From Octopus bimaculoides (Eukaryota), in NCBI RefSeq assembly GCF_001194135.2, contig NC_069007.1, forward strand, positions 6,249,597 through 6,307,481: 57,885 nucleotides of DNA, given 5' to 3'. The notes under the pieces are model-generated. The model worked only from the letters and a program-made list of their open reading frames with translations. It was not told where the DNA came from and searched no databases. Made by a program: the position numbers and the translations under genes. Below, piece by piece: positions 48,700 to 57,885 of this stretch; positions within the stretch are counted from its first letter, which is position 1, and each line of letters opens with the position of its first letter.

Positions 48700-49085
48700 G
48701 TGGAGGCGCGATGGCCCAGTGGTTAGGGCAGCGAACTCACAGTCATAGGATCGTGGTTTCGATTCCCAGACCGGGCGTTGTGAGTGTTTATTGAGCGAAA
48801 ACACCTAAAGCTCCACGAGGCTCCGGCAGGAGATGGTGGCGCACCCTGCTGTACTCTTTCACCACAACTTTCTCTCACTCTTACTTCCTGTTTCTGTTGT
48901 GTCTGTAATTCAAAGGGTCAGCCTTGTCACTCTGTGTCACGCTGAATATCCCCGAGAACTACGTTAAGGGTACACAAGTCTGTGGAGTGCTCAGCCACTT
49001 GCACGTTAATTTCACGAGCAGGCTGTTCCATTGATCGGATCAACTGGAACCCTCGACGTCGTAAGCGACGGAGTGCCAACAACAA
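48700..49085 (+). mobile_element. full-length tRNA-derived SINE (family E)
   Basis: A box TGGCCCAGTGG, B box GGTTTCGATTCC, 3' hairpin CGTCG-TAAG-CGACG and (AAC)n tail. TSD-like ATTAAACACAG / ATTAAACGCAG. Confidence 0.9.
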
Positions 49086-49316
49086 TTAAACGCAGACTAG
49101 AGTGTTATCCATTGGTATGATGGCTAGCATTTGGAGTGTATTTTTGACACATGATAACGGTTCTCAAAAATGTGAGTTATGCTCAGTTGAAGGATCATGG
49201 TGAATTTCAGATCTGAAATTTCTTATTTGCGTGTATCTAAAAATCAAAAGAGATGACTACTATTCCCTTCAAACCTTACGTTTCTCACCTGGACATTAAT
49301 GTTTTAAAGCTGACCT

Positions 49317-50305
49317 ATTGAGATCTGGGGACTGTGGTGGCCAGATAAGATGTTCAACTACACTAGAATGTTCTTTGTACCATTCAGCAACAACTTTAGC
49401 TGTGTGGATTGGTGCATTATCATCCTGAAAGATTGGGTTTCCCTCCAGAAACAGTTCCGCAACCATAGGAGGAATTTGATCAGATAAAATGCTTAAATAA
49501 TCTTGACTATTAATTCTACCATGAAGGGAAACCACTGGGCAGGCAGATTTCCAAAATATAACCTCCCAGATCATCACAGATCCTCCTCCATGTTTAACAG
49601 TTGGAAGAAGGCAGTCTGGGTCAAATGCTTCTTTTGGCTGTCTCAACACATATACTCGGCCGGTGATCGAAAATAAGGTAAAGGATGGCTCGTCTGAGAA
49701 AATAACTTTCTTCCACTAGGGACCAATTCTGTAGGTTTTTACTCCATTCTAAACACTTTGCAATATTTGTTTTTGAAAATAGTGGTTTTCTGATTGCAGC
49801 CCTCCCATGAAATCTGGCTTTGTGCAGCTCCCGGTGAACAGTTTTTGTGGAAACTGGGTTCTTTAGGTGGTCATTAAGCTCAGCAGTAATTTTGGGAGCT
49901 GTACTTTTGTGATCCTTTCTAACAATTAAGAGTCCAACAGTCCCTATCTGAAAGTTTTGATTTTCTACCAGAGTTTTGTTTTGATGAGAAGGGTTTTTTT
50001 TTACTTTCAAGACAGTACTTCTTCATACACCAAACATTTTAGCTGGTTTCATTACGCTAGCACCTGCCATGCAAGCACCAACAATTTGACCTCTTTGAAA
50101 TTCCGATAGCTCTGTCATTTTAATGAATTTTAATTACATTTTACTTATGTTATATGAAAAGAAACAGCAATTTTAGCAAAACATATTAAGCAACACTAAT
50201 AATAAATCAAAAAACAAAAATAAACAAGCTTTTGACAGTTTTATAGATATTTCAAAATTATGATGCTATGATGCTAGGTGTTTCCATTATTTTGTTCAAC
50301 CCCTG
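49317..50305 (-). mobile_element. Tc1-like transposon, probably DD36E (Incomer-like), 3'-truncated
   Basis: Terminus TA|CAGGGGTTGAACAAAATAATGG at 50305. ATG at 50118 (MTELSEFQRGQIVGA), FSDEPSF, TVKHGGGSVMIW, FQDDNAPIH..WPPQSPDLN. The N of DLN is residue 34 after the D, which predicts 36 residues between D and E. The E itself is deleted. Confidence 0.88.
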
Positions 50306-50410
50306 TATATATATATATTAGAGTGTTACCTGTCATATGATGGGTAATATCTAAAGTATACCTTTGCCACCCTGGGTAATACCAGGAATTATAAGCACAC
50401 ATACAATATT

Positions 50411-50705
50411 TATAATTGAACTTTTATCAAATTTCTTGGTGCTTATGCAAAAATCATAAAATAAATACTAATTTTGAAATGAAAATATTTATTATCTTAA
50501 AATAAAATTAAATAAAATAAATTTCTCATTTGTATGTTTGCAATAAATATATATAATAATTATAATTCAACTTTTAACAAATGTTTTGGTGCTTATACAA
50601 AATATGATGAAATGAATACTAATTTTCAAAAGAAAAATATTTATTACCTTAAAATGAAATTAAATAAAACAAATTTTCTTATTTGTATATTTGCAATAAA
50701 TATAT
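50411..50705. repeat. ~148-bp AT-rich tandem duplication
   Basis: TATAATT(G/C)AACTTTTA..TTGGTGCTTAT..AATACTAATTTT..TTTGCAATAAATATAT occurs twice. Confidence 0.85.
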
Positions 50706-51084
50706 GTTATTAACAAACATTTAGATCACTCCAAATATGTTTCAAACATTTAACCTGTGCAAAGGTCATTATTGCTGCTATTTGCCATTGCGAAGAATGT
50801 TTTGCTGTTGTAATAAGGCTCAAAACACTAACAGTCACTTCTAGCAGTTCTCTGGCAAATCAATGACTGCATTTCTCACTCATTGCCTATCATCAGCACA
50901 GTGTATTACAAGAGGGATAACTCTGGATTGACTTTAGAAACCTTTGTTTTCTTGTAGTAAATTTGTATCAAAACATGAGCTGATTATGAAAAACATGAGT
51001 CTAGGCTAGAAAAATGTTTGTATGAAAAATTTTTGCATGAGAAAACAATATTGTGAGTAGGAGAATATGTGTCTTTTATCTTTC

Positions 51085-51420
51085 ATATTCTACTTGTTTC
51101 AGTCATTTACTGTGGCCATGCTGGGGCACTGCCTTAAATTATTATTAGTCAAATGAATACTTTTTTTAAGCTTAGTACTTATTCTAACGGTCTCTTTTAC
51201 TGAACTGCTAAGTTACAAGGACATAAACAAACCAACTAGGGGTGATAGGAGACAAACAAAGACACACACACATAGATAAATATTATATATGTGACGGGCT
51301 TCTTTCAGTTTCCATCTACCAAATCCACTTGCAAAGCTTTGGTCAGCCCAATATGCCATGCATTGGGACTGAACTTGAAACCAAGTGGCTGGAAAGCAAG
51401 TTTCTTACCATCACACCACT
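51085..51420 (-). mobile_element. family D SINE, diverged
   Basis: CTTGTTTCAGTCATTTACTGTGGCCATGCTG..GACGGGCTTCTTTCAGTTTCCATCTACCAAATCCAC. Confidence 0.75.
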
Positions 51421-52069
51421 TAAAAAGGAGAATGATGATGACCAGAATGATGACATGGAAAATGGTGATGATGACGATGATGATAGTGATGACAATGACG
51501 ATGATGATGATGACGATGATGATGGGGATGACAACAACAATGATGATGGTGATGATGATCATAATGATGATGATTGAGATGATGATGATGATGGCAGAGT
51601 GCCAAATTAAATTATATAGTCTAAATTCCAAATCTGTCTGAAGTAAAAATCATTTATTTTTTTAAAAAAGCAAAACAGAACATAATCAGTGAAAAGTAAC
51701 AGAAATACAAAAAAAAAAAAAAAGAAAGAAAATATTGCGAAAAAGAATCAGTAGATGATTTCTAAAACTTTAATCCTCTGTTATCTCAACAAAATTTATC
51801 GTCTCATAAAACTTAGCAGTTACTAAATATAATGGAAATAAATAAAGATTCTGTTGGTTACAAACAAGCTACCGTATTCCTCTATTTCAAATATTATCAT
51901 GAACCGTCTACATGGAATCACCTTTAATGTTCTTGCAGAGACTTCTGAAACTTTGTGGTATGAAATATTGTGGCGTAAAAACGAGAATATTGGGTTAAAA
52001 GAAACAAAATTTTAGAGTCCATTACGCTGTGTAACAAATTTTTTTATTTTTGTTTGTCTTTAGTCATTA

Positions 52070-53072
52070 AGTGTTATTTCTTATTTGCCTGTATCTAAAA
52101 ATCAAAAGAAATGACTACTATTCCCTTCAAACCTTATGTTTCTCACCTGAACATTAATGTTTTAAAGCTGACCTATTTTCTGTTCCATTACATTTCAGAT
52201 TCAGTGCTGAGATGCTGAAGCAGAAATATCGTTATAGCAAATATTCTGCTCAATATCACAGATTTGTTTCTGTGTCTTTGGTCAGTAAATGTTATTTCCT
52301 ATTTGCTTCTATCTAAAAATCAAAGGAAATCACTACCATTCCCTTCAGACTTTACTTTTGTAACCTGGACATCAGTGTTTTGAAACTGTTATTTCCTATT
52401 TGCTTACCTCAAAAGTATGGAAAATAGCTAAGATTTCCTTCCAGCTTTGCTTCTTTTACATTTATCCAAACCCCAAAGAATCCCTCTCAACACATGGTTA
52501 AGATGCTTCCCCACTACTTCTGCTCATCATCAGAGATACGCATAACTGACCTACTTTCTATAACATATCACACAGATTCAGCACACTGAGTTGCTGAAGC
52601 AGAAATATCGTTATGGCAAATATTCTGCTCAATACCACAGATTTGCTTGTTGTCTTTGCTCAGTAAATGTTATTTTCTACTTAATTCTATCTAGAAATCA
52701 AAGGAAATCACTACTGTTCCCTTCAAATCTTGCTTTTCTGACCTGGACATCAATGATTTGAAACTGACCTATTTTCCATTACATTTCACACAGATGTCGC
52801 ACTGAGGTGCTGAAGCAGAAATATCGTTATAGCAAATATTCTGCTCAATTCCACAGATTTGCTTGTCGGTTGCTTCACCTTAACCACTTGAGCATGTCCC
52901 TTAGTGGTTGACAATATATGCATCTCTGATGATGAGCAGAAGTAGTGGGGGAGCATCATAGCCATGTGTTGAGAGGGATTCTTTAAGGTTTGAATAAATG
53001 TAACAAAAGCAAAGTTTGAAAGAAATATTAGCCATTTTTCATATTTTCTAGGGATCAGCAAATATGGAAATA
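52070..53072. repeat. foldback-like composite: tandem family C units plus ~160-bp inverted repeats (52388-52545 / 52915-53072) containing family B sequence
   Basis: The unit TATCTAAAAATCAAA..CCCTTCA..GCTGAAGCAGAAATATCGTTAT recurs 3-4 times. CAAAGAATCCCTCTCAACACATGG..CTGCTCATCATCAGAGAT appears in both orientations. Confidence 0.8.
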
Positions 53073-53860
53073 ACTGTTGCTACCCAAGGACAAAAATCAT
53101 GTTACACAGTGTTTTTGATGTTAAAGACAAGTTATTTTTCTTGGCTCAAACAGACAAAGATCTCAGACTTCAGTTTATCAACAAACATATTTGAATGATT
53201 TCAGGATTATTTTCTTTTATTTTTTACTTGTTTCAGGCATTAGACTGTGGCCATCCTGGAGCACTGCCATGAACAATTTTTAGTCGAATGAATGGACTCC
53301 AGTATTTGTTTTCCTTTTTTTTTTTTGCTTGTTTTTAAAGTTTAGTATGTATCCCATCAGTCTCTTTTGACTGGCAGCTAAGTTACAGCAAAGCTAACAC
53401 AGCAACACCACTTGTCCAGTGGTGGTGGAGGACAAACAGACAAACACACACAACACACATATGCACATGCACACATACACACATGTGCGCATGTATGCCG
53501 TGCATGCACACACATGCATGTGCACATACACATACACACACAAGGGCAACTTGGCATCAAGGCTATTGGGCATGAGGGCGACTTGATATGGCCACTGCTA
53601 AATACTGCAAGACACTTTATACAATGCTCTACCAATTCTGTCCCATTAGCACTGCCCTTATATCAAGACAAATTATTTTGCGTTGTCACGGATAAAGTAC
53701 AAACATATCGGTTTAAAATCTAATTTTAAATTTATTGCAAATAGTTTGATCGAAATAGCATAGAAGTGGTAAAAAAAAGTTTCTAAAATTATGTTTCCTG
53801 TCAAATACGTCTACAGAAATGGTGTTGTAGGTTGGTCATTCATTATGGAATTAGCAACCA

Positions 53861-53864
<4 letters not shown>

Positions 53865-53896
<32 letters not shown>

Positions 53897-54361
53897 AATC
53901 GTGATTGTGTGTGTGTGTGTGTGTGTCAAAATGTCTGTGTTTGTGGTGTAAATTTGAAATGCGTGTTGCATGTGTGTTTGTGTGTTTGTGTACATGTCTG
54001 TATGTGCATGTATGAAACTGTATGTGTGTGTATGTCTGTGTATATACTTGTATGTGTGTTTATAGACCTGCATATATGTTTGTGTCTGTATGTGTGTAGA
54101 TGTATCTGTGTGTGTCTGTGTGCATGTGCATGTGTCTTAGGGGGCAATGTATATGTTAGATGTATGTGTATGTGTATTTTGATGGATATGTATGTATTTA
54201 TGTGTGTGTGTGTGGTTTAGTGGCAGTGAAATGTATGTTGTATGTATGTGTGTGTATGAGTGTGCATATACATGTGTGTAAGCGTACGTGTATATGTCTT
54301 AGTAAACAATGTATATGTGAGTAGAAATTGATTTCATATATGCATGTATGTGGGTTCTGGG

Positions 54362-54396
<35 letters not shown>

Positions 54397-54423
54397 GTGA
54401 ACTATTTGGATATAAGGCAAGTT

Positions 54424-54464
<41 letters not shown>

Positions 54465-54560
54465 TGTATAAGTATATATGTTTATACCTGTGTTTCATCA
54501 TACATGTGTGCCTATGTGCACATGTTAGTCAATGTGTGTGTGTGTGTGTGTGGTGTACGT
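53865..54560. repeat. degenerate (TG)n low-complexity region
   Basis: Direct reading of the sequence. Confidence 0.95.
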
Positions 54561-54898
54561 TTTAGAATTAAGAAATCTCAGAAGAAAAGGAAATGGGTTT
54601 TGGGGAAAGTGAAAGTACTGAAGAAGTGGGAGGCAAAGTTAAAGGATGGAGAGAGANNNNNNNNNNNNNNNNNNNNNNNNNNNNNNNNNNNNNNNNNNNN
54701 NNNNNNNNNNNNNNNNNNNNNNNNNNNNNNNNNNNNNNNNNNNNNNNNNNNNNNNNNNNNNNNNNNNNNNNNNNNNNNNNNNNNNNNNNNNNNNNNNNNN
54801 NNNNNNGGTGAGATAGAAAATAGTGAAGAAGAAGTGTATTAGGGAGAGGGAGAAATAAAGGGGAAATGCACCTTGCAATACCTGCGCCTTGCACACAC

Positions 54899-54944
<46 letters not shown>

Positions 54945-55019
54945 ATATATATATACATGTGTATAAGAAGAGATGACTACTAAGTGGACATCTGATATGC
55001 TAGAAAGAGATCATCTACA

Positions 55020-55127
55020 ATCTAACCACAAAGAAAATAATGTTCTCTAGAACATTTGTCTTGCTCGCTTATGTTCTGGTGTTTGCCGAATTTTTTCTAG
55101 AGAACATTATTTTCTTTGTGGTTAGAT
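55020..55127. repeat. perfect 33-bp inverted repeat with a 42-nt spacer
   Basis: ATCTAACCACAAAGAAAATAATGTTCTCTAGAA (55020-55052) and its exact reverse complement (55095-55127). Confidence 0.97.
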
Positions 55128-55200
55128 CATAGATGGCAACAATTTACCCAGTGCACTCTGTATATACATATATGTGTATGTATTATGTATGTATGTGTGT

Positions 55201-55273
<73 letters not shown>

Positions 55274-55274
<1 letters not shown>

Positions 55275-55676
55275 GAGTGGCTGTCTGGTAAGTAGCTTGC
55301 TTCACAACCGCATGGTTCCAGGTTCAGTCCCACTGCGTGGCACCTTGGGTAAGTGTCTTCTATTATAGCCTCGGGCTGACCAAAGCCTTGTGAGTGGATT
55401 TGGTAGACGAAAACTGAAAGAAGCCCGTCGTATATATGTATATATATGTATGTATATGTGTGTATATATTTGCGTCGGTGTTTGTTCCCCCAGCATCACT
55501 TGACAACTGATGGTGGTGTGTTTACGTCCGCGTAACTTAGCGGTTCGGCAAAAAGAGACCGATACAATAAGTACTAGGTTTACAAAGAATAAATCCTGGG
55601 GTCGATTTGCTCGACTAAAGGCGGTGCTCCAGCATGGCCGCAGTCAAATGACTGAAACAAGTAAAAGAGTAAAGAG
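55274..55676 (+). mobile_element. full-length composite SINE (family D), close to consensus
   Basis: A/B boxes, CORE-like GTGGCACCTTGGGTAAGTGTC, internal (TA)/(TG)n, Meta-like GACCGATACAATAAGTAC..CTGGGGTCGAT, AGTAAAAGAG tail. Confidence 0.88.
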
Positions 55677-56689
55677 TATATGTACCAACATATACACACT
55701 CACGCACACCACACACATGCATACATATGCATGTATGTATACAATGGGCTTCTTTCCATCTACAAAATCCACTAACAAGATTTTGGTCGGTCCAAGGCTA
55801 TAGTAAACGATAATTTGCCCAAGGTGTCATACGTGTGGTTGTGAAGCAAGCTTCTTACCAAACAGCCTTATATATAATATAAATGTGTGTATAAGTGGTA
55901 AAATTTGTATATTTAGTCCCAAAAGCTCTGAAATAATGCATCCTCAAGAAAAAGTAATTTGATTTTTGAAATTTGTATCCTAAAGAGAAGGTTGTCCATA
56001 AATGATGATAAAAAAAATATAATTTACTATGAGATATAAGTGAACTTTTAGATAGACAAATGTCCCACGCTCTATCTGCCACCATCTTGGCTCTCTCGTC
56101 GTTATGCCTGTCTCCTCTCTCTATATATTTACCTCACTCTTCATCACTCTCTGTATATGAATTACCTCTCACACATGCTGCTCCCCCGATCTCTCACTCT
56201 TCATATGACATTCAATTGCTTTCATTTCATTTAAAACTTTGTCTTCCAATGTTTACTTTCATTTTATGATACACACTTACCATGCACAAAACCTGCTTTC
56301 TGATTGGCTAAAAACAATTATAATTTAAACTGAAACAAGCCCATCATATATCTATATATATGTGTGTGTGTGAGTGTGTGTGTGTATGTGCATGTGTATA
56401 GAAATAGATAGATAGATAGATAGATAGATAGCTAGATAGGTAGGTAGGTAGGTAGATAGATAGATAGATAGATAGATACACACACGTGTGTGTGCGTGTG
56501 TTATTCGTTTGTCTCCCACCCCACACTTGACAATCAGTGTTGATGTGTTTATGTCCCCTGCAATAAGTACCAGGCTTAAAAAAGACGTACTCCAGTCAAT
56601 TCAATCAGCTAAAAATTTTTCAAGTCAGTGCTCCAGTATGGCCGCAGTCTAATGGTTGTAACAAGTAAAAGAATGATACATACGGATGT

Positions 56690-57140
56690 AGGCAGTTGTA
56701 CACTGAAGTTCCAATTACAGGGGATGGAACTTGAAGAAGAAGGAAACCTAGGAAGACTTGGAGTGAGGTAGTGAATGCCAATCTCAAACGGCTGGAAGGA
56801 GATGACAGAGGACCGGGATATCTGGTACCAGAACTGATACTGGTGCTGGTACCATGAAGAGCTTACTGGTGCTGGTACCATGAAGAGCTTACTGGTGCTG
56901 GTACCATGAAGAGCTTAATGGTGCTGGTGCCACATGAAAAGGAATTGTACTGGTGCCATGTTAAAAGCATTGATGTCGGTGCCGCATGAAAAGCTCTCAG
57001 AACAGTCGGTAAAGTGGTTGGCACTAGGAAGGGCATCCAGCTGTAGAAACCATGCCAAAATAGACAATGGAGAAATGGTGTAACCACCAACCTTAACAGC
57101 CCCTGTCAGTATGGAAAACATACATTAAATGTTGACGATG
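56690..57140 (+). mobile_element. RTE-clade LINE 3' end including the ORF C-terminus, a 3' UTR with 26-bp tandem repeats, and a (GAT)n tail
   Basis: DGT*RRRKPRKTWSEVVNANLKRL / KEMTEDRDIW matches the RTE RGRPRKTW..DL..DR..W terminus. It is followed by the family A sequence GTGGTTGGCACTAGGAAGGGCATCCAGCTGTAGAAA. Confidence 0.8.
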
Positions 57141-57509
57141 ATGAGAAGGAAGAGGGGGAAGAGGAAGGGGAGGATACATGATACATATATAGTTTTGTGT
57201 GGCTTAAGTGTATATATACTCCTCCCACACACACACACACACAAGCACAAGAACATAATTGGCAGAGTAGTTTCTACGACACCAACCAAGATAACAGGTA
57301 AGCCACTCAAAAGAAGCCAGTGAAAACACCAATAGATGAATACATAGAATCATCAAAGAATTCCAGAAAATTGTTAATCAATTACGGTTTTCACAAAACA
57401 ACAGACTTTTCAAACATATTTTTACAAATGGAAAATAATTGAACATAAAACTATTTTAAAACTTCATGTGTGATCATAATTAATATACATGTCTGATACA
57501 TGTATAATG

Positions 57510-57560
57510 CGGAGGCACAATGGCCCAGTGGTTAGGGCAGCGGACTCGCAGTCATAGGAC
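57510..57560 (+). mobile_element. truncated head of a family E SINE
   Basis: GGAGGCACAATGGCCCAGTGGTTAGGGCAGCGGACTCGCAGTCATAGGA. Confidence 0.75.
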
Positions 57561-57885
57561 CATTGCTTACTGATTTGCAACAGGCAAAATAGCTAGTTAT
57601 AAAATCACAATAAGAGATGAGAGTAGTAACTATACTAACCAATAAAGGTAATCACCACGTCAATGTAGCCGTTCAGTGTTACTACTTGTTTAATCCCAGG
57701 CACATCTTCTACCAACTGGTTATTAGTGCAGCACTGCACCCTGAACAAATATATTGCCTTCAGGTGTTCACGAGTGAGGATAAGCCAACTAGCTTGAAAC
57801 TGAATCCATTTCATGATCCTGTCATCTGCTGGAGGATGGTAGGGGTTCCTTCTCCTTCTATATATATATATATATATATATATAT

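Noticed and set aside
48700-48775. tRNA gene
   Set aside because: A and B boxes are present, but the sequence continues into a multi-copy SINE body and no complete cloverleaf is evident. The same holds for the heads of families D, F and G.
52920-52950. CTGATGA-TGAGCA-GAAG in the family B segment
   Set aside because: It lacks A15.1, stem III and stem I, so it is a chance core match.
56841-56918. 26-bp direct repeats as a CRISPR-like array
   Set aside because: The repeats are contiguous with no spacers, lie in a LINE 3' UTR, and there are no cas genes in this eukaryotic context.

Overview
AT-rich, repeat-saturated eukaryotic DNA from a gapped draft assembly: 19 N-runs, about 6.9 kb in total. 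The SINE/LINE families and the density of (TA)n, (CA)n and (GAT)n repeats point to an octopus (coleoid cephalopod) genome; this is an inference. No complete protein-coding gene is visible. Almost all ORFs in the supplied track are artefacts of microsatellites or N-gaps. The only host-gene hint is a possible 129-nt exon at 38798-38926 (+). Real coding homology is confined to decayed transposons: four IS630-Tc1-mariner lineages (DD34E, DD37E/TRT-like, DD37D/maT-like, probable DD36E/Incomer-like), a Helitron Rep N-terminus, piggyBac, hAT, Merlin, R4/Dong-type RLE LINE pieces, RTE LINE 3' ends and two Penelope-like (PLE) fragments. At least four tRNA-derived SINE families occur in many copies. The most notable observation is three unrelated short elements, each carrying a type I hammerhead-ribozyme-like motif about 100 nt upstream of a (TA)n junction (3485-3522 +, 10942-10976 -, 13198-13234 +). 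The first is arranged as a head-to-head double-hammerhead palindrome. Boundaries were read by eye and may be off by a few to tens of bases.
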